From: Dendrobates tinctorius
Lineage: Eukaryota
NCBI RefSeq assembly: GCF_039654945.1
Contig: NW_027361763.1
Span: 7,006,001-7,070,000 of the forward strand
Reading direction: 5' to 3'
Length of the DNA stretch: 64,000 bases
Shown here: piece after piece, positions 48,351 through 62,189 of the stretch
Layout: every line of letters begins with the position of its first letter
How positions within the stretch are numbered: position 1 is the stretch's first letter
The notes under the pieces: model-generated
What the model was told of the DNA's origin: nothing
Seen by the model: the letters and a program-made list of their open reading frames with translations, nothing else
Databases searched by the model: none
Position numbers and translations under genes: made by a program

Positions 48351-50123
48351 TACCGAATTTTATATATAGAAATCTAAGACTTGCCTACGTTGGACACATC
48401 GTACGATGTGAGCAATCACTTCAGAAAGACATCACGGTCAGCAGAACAGCCTGCTGGTTACCGACTGTTACTATCTTTTCCCATAACCCTGTATGTTGAA
48501 GTCACTCTAACATTATCATGGTTGTGTTTATGTTAAAGTGGTTGAAAGGGATTGGGTACAGTCCTAGGAGACCTCAGAGTGTAACACATGTCTTTTCTGG
48601 GCAATTTGAGTACGATTAACAGTTCGTCCATTTGAAGAAATCCAAATATAAAAAAAAGAAGCTGGCAAGCGCAATTTTTTTTCAATGTTTTCTCATTTCT
48701 AATAATTGCCCTTTGCAGCCATAAGTTCATTAAACAGTCTTTAACTTCTAATAAGATGGGAAAAAAATGTGAACCCCCCTTAAAGAACAAAGACAATAAC
48801 TTCTATGACTTACATTGCGAGGATTAATTATTAGATAAGTTTGTCAGAGAGGAATTGTCAGCATAATATTTAACCCTAAATCACATAGATGTGAAATTTA
48901 GGGGTTTATCTATAATAGGTCTGTAAAACAAGCAATTAGTCAATAAAGGTCGCTGAATATTTATGATACTACAACTGCAGATTTGCAATTCATGAAACAT
49001 ATGAAGTGGTTAATTATTGTCATTTTTCATGTCAGTTCATACATGTGTAAATCAATGAGCTGAGGGGAAAATAATTAACAGATATATTGCAAGGCGAGGT
49101 TTTATTTTCAAAGGAAAATTCAAAAAATGATAATAGATGCCTCATTCCCTGTGTGGTCTTCTATCATTCACACACCGACTGCTCCACCATCAAAGTAGCA
49201 TTAAAGTGCAGTAATCCTAGGATATAGCGCACCAATATTTAATAACCTCTGGAGAATCATTTTTGAGAGCTCATGGGCCATGCGCAGACTTTTCTTGTTT
49301 TTTTTCTTGGTTTTTAGCATGGACTATAATAATATGTTAAAGGCCATGATTCAGTTTGGAGCATAAAACGGCTGTTCTTAAATGGTACCCTTAATGCTCT
49401 ACATGTATTCCATTCTGTGGGGCATAGTATAGAGCAGGAGAAGTTGGACACTCACAGCTTTAGTTCACTTCGCTCAGCATTGCCTTGACTGACAGAAGAA
49501 ACAGAGTGTCCATGATGTGATCCTTGCTACCGACTAACATCCTCCATCTCCTATCAATCAAGCAAAGGAGTGCAGCGATGAGCGAGTTGAGCTAAAGAGT
49601 AGAGATGGATTTCAAGGGAATCATTACAACCCCACCGTGATAACGGTCTACTGCAACCGCTGCCTATTGGTGGTGTCATGCTTGCATTGGAGGACGCAGT
49701 CAAGGTCCTGTTTTATATTACTCTGGCTAGAACTTGGAGTCCCTACCAGATAAGGTATCTATGTTTTGCTGCATGCTGCTGTTTCCCTGCTGTGAGTCTA
49801 AGGCGGTACCACTCCCTATTTAATCCTCTTGCAATGACTTCTAGTTTTCTAGTTCCCAGCTATATATTATAGTTACTCTATTATTCTGCTTATTTTCTGC
49901 TTGTTTGATTAGTGTTACTGATCTTGGCATCCTCCTGACCGCGTCTCTGTCTTTTGATTTTGTCTTTGACTTTGACCTACTAGATTCCTGGCTTTAAGAC
50001 GATTACTTCAGTTCTTTCTCTGAAAATCGAATTTCCTGGGAAAATCCAAGAAAAGAGAAGAATCTGAATTTTGCCTGATCCGTTCATCTCCAAATGCGTG
50101 GCATCATCTGAGATACTTATGAT

Positions 50124-51355
50124 TAGAGTTGAGCGAATTTTTCAAAATTCGGTTCCGATAACCCTTTTCACCGAATATTGTTTTTGTAATATTCACCGAA
50201 CACAGCGGAACGTCATTGGAGTCAATGGGAGTAAAAATGAATGAATATGTTCAGAACCGATCATCAAACATAAATTTGGCATGGATAGGGTACCAAATAC
50301 TCCCTACTAAACAGAATCCCTCAATGTCTGTCTGCTATTTCATCCTTCTTCTCCGCTAGATTTCTAAAACTTAATATGGACAAAACAGAATTAATCATCT
50401 TTTCCCCATCTCACGTGACCCCCCCAATGGACCTATCCATTAAAGTAAATGGCTGCCCACTCTCTCCAGTCCCACAAGCTCGCTGCCTCGGGGTTATCCT
50501 TGACACTGATCTCTCTTTCAAACCACATATTCAAGCCCTTTCCACTTCCTGCCAACTTAAACTCAAAAATATTTCACGGATCCGTACGTTCTCAACCAAG
50601 AATCTGCAAAAACCCTAGTCCATGCCCTCATCATCTCCCGCCTTGACTACTGCAACCTGCTGCTCTGTGGCCTCCCCTCTAACACTCTTGCACCCCTCCA
50701 ATCTATTCTAAACTCTGCTGCCCGACTAATCCACCTGTCCCCCCGCTATTCCCCAGCCTCTCCCCTCTGTCAATCCTTGCATTGGCTCCCCATTACCCAA
50801 AGACTCCAGTTCAAAACCCTAACCATGACATACAAAGCCATCCACAACCTGAGTCTTCCATACATCTGTGACCTCATCTCCCAATACTTACAAGATCTCC
50901 TTCTGTACTCCCCTTTTATCTCCTCTTCCCACAATCGCATACAAGACTTTTCCCGCGCATCCCCCCTACTCTGGAACTCTCTACCACAACATATCAGACT
51001 CTCGTCTACCATGGAAACCTTCAAAAAGAACCTGAAGACCTACCTCTTCTGTCAAGCCTACAACCTGCAGTAACCATTGATCCACCAAACCGCTGCACGA
51101 CCAGCTCTACCCTCGCATAATGTATCCTCACCCATCCCTTGTAGATTGTGAGCCCTCGTGGGCAGGGTCCTCTCTCATCCTGTACCAGTCGTGACTTGTA
51201 TTTATTAAGATTACTGTACTTGTATTTATTATGTATACCCCTCCTCACATGTAAAGCCCCATGGAATAAATGGCGCTATAATAATAAATAATAATAATAT
51301 AGTGCGAACATGGCAAATTCAGATTTGGTGACCGATTTCTAACATATTCACTCTA
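50124..51355. mobile_element. hAT MITE (family of 34467-34692) split by an L2 fragment
   Basis: Left part TAGAGTTGAGCGAA...GGGTACCAAA; resumes after the L2 tail with ATGGCAAATTCA...CACTCTA, colinear with the 34467 copy. Confidence 0.75.
50299..51298 (+). mobile_element. L2 LINE 3' fragment
   Basis: FLKLNMDKTELIIF...ARCLGVILD...SRLDYCN...LHWLPI...LKTYLF; 3' end TGTAAAG...GGCGCTATAATAATAAATAATAATAAT. Confidence 0.9.
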
Positions 51356-52475
51356 CTACATATGCTGGTATCAGTAGCTGCTTAATGGAGACATTAGGGC
51401 TAAAATTAAGGTAAATCACAAAACTTACTATTTTATAACTTGCCTTGGTGTATTCACTTTTGTTTCGGCTGGGAGAAAGAGTCCAAATTTTACCTTTTTT
51501 GATACTGACAAATGTTAGGGAGGTAATATCCAGAATGTTTTGAGGCAACAATTGTCAAATTATCCAATTTCTTTAGTTGGCCCATTGGTGTGTCAAAACT
51601 ACTCAAAATTGCATACAGAAACTATGATGTTAAACTATATTCTGGGATCTGATTACCAAATATGATGTTTAGTTCTTCCAACAGATTATTTGGAATCATT
51701 GGAAGAACTGATGTTTTTCCACCCTGAACCTTCACAAACAAGCATTGACTTTCTCATACGGAATTCCCTGGACCCAGCCCCCCAAGAGTAATCTATTGTA
51801 AAAAAAAAAAAGACTGGTGTGTAGTAAGGTTTAAATTGCATTACCAAGGCAACAGGCAGGAATAATAGTCCATGCACAGATCGAAGCAGGCAGAGGTCAG
51901 GAAGGGCAGCAGACAAGAAGACATGGTCAAGAACACAAGATGGGTCGATAGTGTATGTAACAAGAAGAACAGGAAGAAACACATTTTGTACATAGAAGAA
52001 CTAAAGGAACCATATAGCTCAGACACATATAGAAATAAGTAAAAAAAAAAATAAAAACTTGGATATTGGCTGGAATCATGGAAAAATAAAACTTTCTGAT
52101 ATAAGCAATGGCAGTGAAAAAAAAAACAAACTGAGCATTTTTAACCCTCTTTGGGGACAATGCTTGTATACAACGTTGAAGTCATGTCAGTGGGTCTGCA
52201 GCCAAAAAAGGGAGCTTATTGGCTTGTGCCATCGACAGCCGAAGATGCTGAGCTCTGTCATTGACTTGAGGAAAAGTCAGCGCTGCAGACAAACAACAGA
52301 GGAAGGGGCAGCAGTGGAGTGCTAGAGCTGGATCCAAAGAGGGTATGTAATACCCATGTTTTTTTTTTATAAACCATTATTTTCTGGAAAGGGACAAGTG
52401 ATTTAAGAAACCACGAGCCATCACATTCACGTGACCCATGGCCAGAAGAAGACACAGGACAACAGGTGTGGTAGA

Positions 52476-52786
52476 TAGTGATGAGCGAGTATACTCGTTG
52501 CTTGGGTTTTCCCGTCGATGTTCGGGTGTCCTCCAGGTATTCTGGCATGCTCGGAGATTTAGTTTTTGTTGACGCAGCTGCATGATTTGTGGCTGCTAGA
52601 CAGACTGAATACATATGGGGATTCCCTAACAAACAACCAATCCCCACATGTATACATGCTGTCTAGCAGCCGCAAATCATGCAGCTGCGTCGACAAAAAC
52701 TAAATCTCCGAGCAAGCCAAAATTCTTGGAGGACAACCGAGCATGCTCGGGAAAACCCGAGCATTGAGTATACTCACTCATTACTA
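52476..52786. mobile_element. Palindromic hAT MITE
   Basis: TIRs TAGTGATGAGCGAGTATACTC / GAGTATACTCACTCATTACTA; exact 8-bp TSD GTGGTAGA. Confidence 0.9.
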
Positions 52787-52831
52787 GTGGTAGACCATAA
52801 CATCTATCTCAGTATTAGCAGGGGATACATA

Positions 52832-53270
52832 GGCTACGATCACACGAGTATACAGTCTCTCATCTGAGAGAATCGGGCCAATTATGCTAATGACATACTT
52901 ATCAGTTTGATCAGAGTTTTATTAGAATGTGATCAAAGTATGATTCGATTCTCATGGATCAGTAGAGAAGGGCAGAAGAAAAATTCTCCATCTTCTCCAT
53001 TCTCATAGTCAGTGAAAATCGGACGGTGCTTAGATGTTATCTGAGTGCCATTCTGATGCTTTCTATGCACTCATTGACTTGCATGGCCAAGTGCAATCCG
53101 AATATTGTATCAAACTTGGCCATGCAGTGATTTTTTTTCCTCTGGACTGGCTCTGTCAAAATAAAAAAACAGACATGTGCATGGCCCGATAGCTTAGCAT
53201 TGGTCCGATTGTGATCCAATGTTTTGTCGAATCGCGCTTGGATGAAAAATATGTTCTTCTGCACCTGCCC
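52832..53270. mobile_element. Degenerate Harbinger-type MITE
   Basis: GGCTACGATCACAC start, ...GCCC+TTA end, CATTGACTTGCATGG core; similar to 415-760. Confidence 0.5.
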
Positions 53271-55004
53271 TTAGAACATCCGAGAATTGCTTCCCCCAAG
53301 CTTCCGCTCTGCAGAAGCCTACAGGAGTTTTTATGTAAAGTGAATTTAATCTACAGCTGCTGTTGGCAAGTTCTCAAACCGTCAGCAAATGGAAGTGGGG
53401 CTCTCCCTAGTAATTCTATAGTGCTGCTAAGTGTTATGCCGCGGCCCTGTATGATGTGCATATAAAGTTGTCGAAAATAGCTGAACTGGCTAAACCAAGG
53501 CCATTTTTTATTTCTATGTGACAGGCAAAAATCACAAAGAGTGAAGCATAGGCAGTTCCTGGTGCCAGGCCTAAAAATAGACCCACGTGACTTTCTAAAG
53601 CGAGGATGCTTCGGCTTTTATTGCATTTGTGAAATGACTTTTAAATCAAATTACAGATCCAGAGCCTACATTATACTACATTAAGAAGACATACCTATTC
53701 TAAGATGGATTAACATATACGCCGTACCCTGCCTGTCTTTACTGCCAGTTTGGCGAGCGCAGTGGTATTGTAAATATATTAGATACCTGGCAGGTTGTAT
53801 TTTATGACAGACTCCCTAGACGGGGAGAGAAACCATTTGTCACAAGCAACAATATTGTAAACTGCAGAGAGAGCATGGTGCGCAGAAAAAAAACGAAAAC
53901 CATCGTCTCAGCAAAATTGTAATACAATGGTCCAACGCCGCACCTGTTTCCACTGTGTTGTGCAGGGGTTTTATAACTTTTTGCAAGGTATGAGCGATGC
54001 ATAAAACATCTATACAAACATCTTTGATCTTCCCAAACCTATAAAGTTTAAAGGAAACTTACAAAGAATAATTGAGGAGTAGGGAATCAAAATTTAAGGG
54101 GTAGAACAAAATTCACTTTTTTCTGCACTGTCTAGAAATCGAATGTATCGCTGGGAAAAATTTAGCCTTTTTATGCTTTGAGAACTCCCCCTCGTTAGTC
54201 ATGGTCTCTGGTACCAGTACCCAATCATGTGGCCACTTGTAGATGAGAAAATGTATAAATGAGCTGATTGGATGGAGCAGTCACACGACAGGGCTGGGGC
54301 GGAATTGTGACTAGTATGTTAAATAACCCACAACTGGTTTATTACAATGTGTCAATTTAGATCATAAAGTTGAGCTAATCTGCTCAAAATTAACTTTGGG
54401 CATACTTGTTCAACTCACGGGGAAAATCTTTTATCCTTTGTCTTTTACCTTTTTCTTCGTTGCCTATCCATCACACCATCACCAAGACCGCGTCGCGCAT
54501 CTTTGACGTGCGTAAAGCACCAAGAGACGGCATGCAGCAGGATTCAATGAAGGTATGAGACCCACTCAATGAAGACATAAGGAAGAAGACAGAAAATAGA
54601 ATAAAGAAGATAGAAGATGGGATGAAAAATACGAGGAAGGCCAAGGAAACGAGAGTATAGGAATTTTTTTTAATCAAGCAAAACGATATTTGGTCATCAT
54701 CTTGTTGAATTGATTTGGAATTATTTTCCGCAGATGATTCCATGAGAAGTAGAACACATTTCACATCGGTAGATGCTAATGATTATTTGGAATATTCCAG
54801 CTCACATTATCAAAAGTGGAAGAAGAGCCACCAGTAAATTTAGGCGTAATTGTACATCCACCACCGATTATGCCTCACAAAGCACACATTCTATTTACCA
54901 GATTTAAAGAAAAGGAGTATACCAGAGCAATATATAGGTGAAAATGCCTAATCTCACCCAGATAGAATATCTTTTGGGTTAATTGACTCCCCCTATGCGA
55001 GGCC

Positions 55005-55419
55005 CTTCACTGGCTTCCTATTGTCCAGAGGCTCCAGTTCAAAACCCTAACCATGACATACAATGTCATCCACAACCTGCCTCCTCCATACATCGGTAAC
55101 ATGGTCTCCCGGTACCTACCCGCACGCAACCTTCGATCCTCTCAAGATCTCCTTCTCTACTCCCCCCTTATCTCTTCTTCCCACAACCACATACAAGACT
55201 TCTCCTGTGCTTCCCCCTTACTCTGGAACTCTCTACCGCAACACATCACTCTCACCAACAACAGAAACCGTCAAGAAGAACCTGAAGACCCACCTGTTCC
55301 GACAAGCCGACAGCCTGCAATGATCCTCAGTCTACTGAACCACTGCACAACCAGCTCTACCCTCTCCTAGTGTATCCTCACCCATCCCCTGTAGACTGTG
55401 AGCCCTCGCGGGCAGGGTC
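55005..55419 (+). mobile_element. L2 3' fragment, same family as 50299-51298
   Basis: LHWLPIVQRLQFKTLTMTY...RNLRSSQD...LLWNSLP and the shared 3' UTR TGTAGACTGTGAGCCCTCGCGGGCAGGGTC. Confidence 0.85.
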
Positions 55420-55439
55420 TATAATAGGGGCAACAAACT

Positions 55440-56020
55440 TATTAGAAGAATATTGAGTAAATATTGGAATTTCCTCCAAAAATATCCAATATTAAAGAAA
55501 ATTTTACGTCAAAAACTTACTATAACATTCCAGAGAGGTATAATGTTAAAGGATTGCGTTGCATCTAGTTGTCTGAGAAATGATAATAACGAAAAGAAGA
55601 ACAACAGTGAGATAAGTTAACACCCTGAGATCAAAAAACGGAATATTTAAACATGGAAAAAAAATTAGGTTGATGTTGCAAAACCATTGAACGTGAAGCC
55701 AGGTTTACTCAAGTAAAAAATTTGAACACCAAATACTATTCTAATCGGATTTGGCAATTTGTGATCTATGTGAATGTGGTTTTATTTTTGTGAGTCGTAT
55801 CACACAAACATTAAGAGCCAGAATGAACACAACGTCAAGAGGGGGGATTTAAAAACAGACGTTGTCAAAATTTAAAAACACAAGAAAAACTTTAAGTCCA
55901 TATGAATACTGCCACTAGAACAGGTGCCAATTCAAACCAGAAAGGGAACAACGATGCTAAATCAGAAAGAGTCACATTGGATATATTAATTGCAAAGATC
56001 GCTTGGCAGGATTTAAGTCA
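55440..56020 (+). pseudogene. Highly decayed Penelope-like ORF, linker and GIY-YIG endonuclease region
   Basis: Broken frames give PILKKIL..TITFQRG..LKDCVASS, FVIY, ITQTLRARMN and KESHWIY*LQ, in the order found in Penelope endonucleases. Confidence 0.55.
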
Positions 56021-56350
56021 TGGGAAATGGGTGGCGTTCCACTACCTATTATTTTTTTTTTTTTATTGTCTTTTTTTGACCTTCAGGATTACATACACAT
56101 ATCAAAATTTCAATGTATACAACTATATAACCTCAGTTGTATTCAAAAAGTCCAAGTGGGATGCACATAGAAAGAGAAGTGGGAAATTCATGTTCTAAAG
56201 CAGGGTGGAGATGATTGGAGCAGAGCTGCTTGAAAGACATGACGTTAAGGAATTGTTGACTAACAACAAGGTACATCGCTACACCAATCCTCTCTGAATA
56301 GATATGTATATATATATATATATAGGTATTTTTAATTTAAGTATGAGCAA

Positions 56351-57045
56351 TAGTGTTGAGCGATACCTTCCGACATCGGGAAATATCGGATCAGATTGGA
56401 TCGGACCGATACCCAAAAAGTATCGGATATCGCCGATTCCAATACCGGAAACCAATGCAAGTCAATGGGACACAAATATCGTAATGAAAATAAACCCTTA
56501 TTTTCCTTGTAGGTTAATTGTACATGAAGGAAAACAACTAAGAATAATGTAGAATGTATTGGGGGAGGTGGAGGAGACATTAAAGGCATAGAGGTTTAGC
56601 CCAATCAAATGGAATAGCAGGAATTAATTTTTTTTAAGACGTTCGGAGTTACAAAGATATTGACTATGCTAAACGGGTTGGCCGGGCTTTTCACATAATC
56701 TCAGTGCATATCTGGGCTGCAGAATGCTGACAATAAGTAATCAACCTTACATGGTTAGTCTGCACGGTTTCCAAGATATCATCTCTTGCTTCTAAAATAA
56801 ACGTCCGGGAGGGTGTGTTCTGGCATTGAAATGAGAACTGGTGGTTTCCTCCTCCCTCACTAGTTTCATTTTCCATAGATCACTGTTCAGCGTGTGTCTG
56901 GGGAAGGAGCAGCTGGGTGGTCTGCTCGCAGCCAATCACAGCCATGCCATTAGTTAACATGCCTACATGCCCAACAGGATGTGCCCACACTCTTAGGATT
57001 TCTCATTGGCTGAATAAAATCAAACTGGCTCATTGCATTATGGTA
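56351..57045 (-). mobile_element. Internally deleted relative of the 12.4-kb hAT; one TIR lost
   Basis: TAGTGTTGAGCGATAC end; 56500-56672 matches the reverse complement of ~29905-30090 and 56928-57045 that of ~17900-18015. Confidence 0.8.
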
Positions 57046-57243
57046 TTCTAATTTACTGAGATAATGACTTTAGGGTTTTCTTTGGCTGTAAGCCACAATC
57101 AACAACATTAACAGAAATAAACACGTGAAATAGATCACTCTGTGTGTATTGACTCTATATATTATATGATTTTCACTTTTTGTACTGAAGAACTGAAATA
57201 AATTCACTTTTTGATGATATTCTAATTTAGTGAGAGGCACCTG
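57046..57243 (+). mobile_element. Tc1 right inverted repeat fragment
   Basis: ...TTTTGATGATATTCTAATTT...CACCTG followed by TA. Confidence 0.65.
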
Positions 57244-59004
57244 TATTTGGAACGTCCTCCCTGCCGAGTTGTTTCAAAAACTGTGTGCAAGTGTACCTAG
57301 AAGAAGTGATGCTGTTTTGAAGGCAAAAGGCGATCGCCTAAAATATTCATGCGATTTGCATTTCTCTTTTGTTTATTCTCTTCTTTGTTAATTTCGAAAA
57401 ATAAACTATTAACATTGCTAGTATTGAAAGCTTCTTACTCTGAACCATTTGTTCCTCACCTAATAGTTTTGCTCAGTATTGCACGTTTAGACCAGTTAAT
57501 TTTATATGCCATAGAAGCAAAAGAAAAGAGCAACACATATTTTTCATTATGGTATACAAGTCAGTTTTACTTAGTTTATACTAATAATTATAACCCTTGG
57601 AGCAAAGAATTCTCAGATGCAGCCAACAGGATAGTCTACCCTCTCTCTATAGAACTTCCAGATTTTATTTATACTTTTAAATAGTCTCTTTAACTGGTAT
57701 ATCTTCTGAGAAACACCCCCCCCCCGTCATTCTTATTAATGCACCATCATCGGGGCAAAATGTTCTTAGATGACTAGCGTCGAGGTGAGAGCTTAAGACA
57801 AATGTCAATCACAAGCCTAGAAACCAAATATTGTTCGTATAGAAGCCTATATTAAATTGTAACATGTTCATTTACATAGAGTGGAGGATGCATTAAGATC
57901 TACTAAAAGGTTTAAAATGTATTCCTGAGAATATTTCCAGCCACATAGTATTTTATAGCCGTTTCATTTCACCATAATTGCCGTAGTTTCCTTAGTTATA
58001 GTCCAATTTCCAATCTCACGCTGCAGTATACAGACGCCGCTCTCATATTTACCCTCGCTGTGCATTAAATGTTGCGCTGTATATCAGACTATAAATGCAT
58101 AAAATTGATACAGTGATAGCATTCAATTACACGCCATTGTCAGAATTAGACTCTCACGACCGCGGCTACCGACCTCATGGCGCGCTGGTTGTTTATGGAA
58201 ATCATTTTTCTGTTACCCAGGAAGAGGAATGATGTTAATCTTCGATGGCGGAGAAGATTGTAATCTCATCATGGTCAGTAAGTCATCCTATTTTATTAAA
58301 TATTTTACCATTTTACGGAGTCAAATCCAAATTATCTAGATCTTTCACATCTTCCACATATGTTGGGTGACTCTTATGTCTTTCATTACTGTGCGTGTAT
58401 GGACTTTTTAAAAAATGATTTCATGATCTACAGGATCATAGATAAATGTACAATTACTGGGGATACCACAATCACTAGAACGTGGATACTGAGCCTTTAT
58501 CCAAAGAAGTTGAATGAACAGTGACCACTAAGGCACAATGTCACTCCACTGAAAGTCTATGAGACCTACAAAGATAATCTAGGGCAGATCATGGTAATCT
58601 AATCGACCATTCTTAATAAAATTGCTGGGTCACTATGATTGAGAGTCTCCTTTAGTCCCACAGAGTTTGTGTGTCCACCACAACATTCCATCACCTCTGG
58701 AACCCATGGTAGTTGGGGTTCTCTTTGTGAAATGGATTCATAGAGGTGCGGGTCACAAGGATGTACCGCAATGGCACAACATTCAGGAACTGGATAATGA
58801 ACTATGTTGGATGGCAAGCAAACAAGTGGAGCACGACATACTAAAAGTCACAGAGCGATGAGTGAAGACAAACAGAGAGTGGGTGAAGGGTTAAATGGCC
58901 AGACTGAACGGGGCTGTAGATGAAGGTTATTAAAACTGCAGGTGTTCTATATTTTGCAGCATAATGAGAACAATCTCAAGATACTTGTTCGTAATGCATA
59001 CAGC

Positions 59005-59876
59005 TGTAGGGAGGAGGGCCCCGCGGAGTGTCCGAGCCGGAACCAAGGGGACCGCCATCTAGGTTCCTAAGGGAACAGTACCCAGGGAACAAAGGAGGAG
59101 AGTGGACTGCTGGGAGTGACAGGACAGCAAGGGGAGAGGCGAGTATAAAAGGGACAGGGAGCGCGCAGGGGAGTCAGTTGGCGGAACGGCAGACACGAAG
59201 CAAGAGACTGTGGGAGTTTGAGAGAGCCAGAGTGACAGACGGTGACCAGAGAGGAGACCATCAGCAGAGGAGAGACTTACATTGGCCTGCGGAGAGTAAG
59301 CGCCGAACCTACCAACAAGAGACTGTCGCTTCACTCCAATCCGGGGTCTCTTCCTGCCCACAGTCGTCCGCAGCTATTACTGCTGTGCTCCAGCCTGTTG
59401 CGCCAGTCCTGGTAACTGCAACACAACCCTGCCTGGAGACTGGAGTCTCATTGAACTCGCTTACAAGCAGAACCCCGCTGTTTCTACAGGGGTTACCTCA
59501 TCAAAGGACTTCCTCAGGGCCTGTTGTGCCCCATCTCCTCCTGGGCGCTGGGGCACCCAAAGACTACGACAGATCCTCAGCAGCTAGGCCCAGCGGCTGC
59601 GATGCCAACACAGCCTCAACAGAGATGCCAAGGGACATCAGGACAGATAAGTGACACTATAGGAAATAAGGACCCGTAGTCGGCCATATCGCGGCCCTAT
59701 AGCAACTGGCTTTTGCCGGATTAGTCGTGTTCTCTTTTAAAGTGTTTGTTTGTGCAGAGTCCCTGCGAGGACAATAGCTGTTGTTGCTTATCATAGCCCT
59801 AGCGGCTTAAATTCATAAAAGTTCTCTAGCCAAAGTTCAACTCAGCCTCGCGTCTCATCACTGCATCCTGCCTACA
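59005..59876 (+). mobile_element. Solo LTR (872 bp, Gypsy-type)
   Basis: TGTAGG...CCTACA termini; exact 4-bp TSD CAGC; TATAAAAG at 59144. Confidence 0.88.
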
Positions 59877-60799
59877 CAGCAGTGTCTGGGTTAACCAGCA
59901 CATCTTAGGACCATTCGATGAAGATTGCAGAAACCAGAGGCTGCACAGATGACTGCAGCATAATGAGAACAACCTTTAGATGGTGGTAAGTAATGCACAC
60001 ATCAGTTGTTGGGTTAACCATCACATTTGAGGAATAGTAGATGTAGACTGCAAAAACCAAAGGCGTCTGAAGAGAATAATGCAACAATAAAAAAACTGGG
60101 TAGTAGCAAACTCCAAACAACAAATGAATATTACATTGACTGAATGCTCAGATATGTGTCTAAGTCATCTTTAAAAGTCTTTAGATGATAATGTCAGTGA
60201 GTTATGCTGAGCATGTCGCCCATCTATGAGCTCAACAAAGGGTAGGTAATGGAGAAACAAATGTGTTAATTCATGGTTGTCCTGAAGAACTTTACATATT
60301 TCGAAATGCGTTGACAAATAAACCACTTATACTTGGATTGGCTTTCTTTATCATTCCTAAAGGCAGAATTTTCCCATTTTGTTTCTCCATTACCTGAACC
60401 TTTATCCTCTTGTGGGTCTACAGAATCCTTATGCCTCACCAGTAGTTGTGTGTACACAACCCAACCGGGTGAGCACCATCATTCTAGTCTTTTAACATTG
60501 TTACCCAAATAATACCCTATTTTGCACTTTTTGTCTTTCCAATCTCTATTTTCTTTACAGCAAAGGGTGGCAGACATAGGATAAGAGAACAGAGCCCGAC
60601 CCTAGAATCGAGATAGGTACACAAAAACATTGCAATCAACCATAGGATAGATGTTATAGGAAAACCCAGCATGAATGTGTATCCGGGACCTGGAAGAATA
60701 GTTAGATCAAGAAGCATCTTTAATAGAGAAAATACAGAAGATTTGTAGATAAAATAGATGCAAATCATTATTTTTAGAAACGAAAAGATATTACACAAC

Positions 60800-61205
60800 T
60801 GTTATAGAGAGGGTTGATGTAACCCTTCAATTAGAGAGAAGGTATATGTGACCCATCTCTCAGTAAGAAGGTAGGCTTCCCATCTGTTACAGATAATGAA
60901 GATGAGATCCATCTCTATAGAAAAGTAAGTAGGACCCAAATCATATGAAGAAAGACCCATATCTTATGTGTCCCATCTGTTATAGAGAATATAAATGTGA
61001 CCCCTCAGATGTAGAAAAGGTAGATGTGACCCATCTCCTATGTAGAAGGTTAATGTGTCCCGTCTGTTTAAGATAACGAAGATTTCACTCATTTAAGTAG
61101 AGAAGGTAAATAACACCCATCTGTACGGACAAGGTAAATATGACAAATCTGCTGTTGGGAAGGTAGATATAATAAACCACTTAGATTTCTCCTACGTGCT
61201 GTAGA
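60800..61205. repeat. Degenerate ~29-bp minisatellite
   Basis: Recurring GTGACCCATCTGTTATAGAGAAGGTAGAT-like unit. Confidence 0.75.
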
Positions 61206-61628
61206 GAAAGTCATTTTGACTGAATAAGGTGTAAAGTTAATATCTTTATTTTTTAATAAAATAGTGAACGGTAAGGCAGGGCACATCTGTAAGTGACAAG
61301 TCTCCTGCAGCATTATTCCACTTAAAAATACTCTCTAGGCTCTATACAGCCATAATTATATCCAGACAAGGACAGATGAGTACATTCACTGACGCGTTTT
61401 GGACTTTAAGGTTCACACTCCCAGTGGTGAAGGGATTTTGAGCCAATAAGACTGTTACTCACGTATCCCAGATCCGGACTCTGCTCCCTTCACCTCGGTT
61501 TGCTAAACTTTGCTGTGCTCCACATCAGGCTTTGCAAGTGGCCTGGCGTGCTCCTATGTCATTGCCCACCTAGGTCTATACAAGCCTCACTAAGACACAC
61601 ATCTGTGTCTTGGTATTTAGACTCTTAA

Positions 61629-62189
61629 AGGCCCCGTCACACTAAGCGATCTCGCTAGCGAGATCGCTGATTTTGCAACACATCAGCGATCTCGCCAGCC
61701 GGGTTATCGCTGATCGTGCTCGTGCGGCCTGGGCCGTTTTTCGATCGCTGGTCTCCCGCTGCCCAGCACACATCGCTGCGTGTGGCAGCGAGAGACCAGC
61801 GATCAGCGTCGATGGACGCTGGTTGCTAATGCAAATGTCAGGTATCCAGGAGTCACGGCTCCTGGATACCCGCTGTTTACCTTTGGAACCGGCGTACACG
61901 CTGGTTTCCAAGATAAACGTCGGGTATCCAGGAGTCGCGCTGCTCCTAGATACTCGACGTTTACCTTGGAAACCAGCGTGTACGCCGGTTTCCAAGGTAA
62001 ACAGCGGGTCGCGCGGCTCCTGGATACCCGATGTGTACATTAGAAACCAGAGTCCAGCGTCGCTGGTCCTGATCGCTGGGGCTGTCTATGTGACAGCTCA
62101 CCAGCGATCAGTCTAACGATGTCCCGGCGATCCCATCATGTCGGATCGTTGGTGGGATCGCTGGGACATCGTTTAGTGTGTCAGGGCCT
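61629..62189. mobile_element. Palindromic MITE (Harbinger-like TIR; TWA or TTAA target ambiguous)
   Basis: AGGCCCCGTCACACTAAGCGAT / ATCGTTTAGTGTGTCAGGGCCT; CAGCGATC and GGTATCCAGGAG internal repeats. Confidence 0.75.

Noticed and set aside
59028-59654. 208-aa ORF
   Set aside because: GTG start, entirely within a GC-rich solo LTR, no domain.
61385-61420. Hammerhead on the minus strand (GACGCGTTT)
   Set aside because: The CUGANGA core and stem II are absent.
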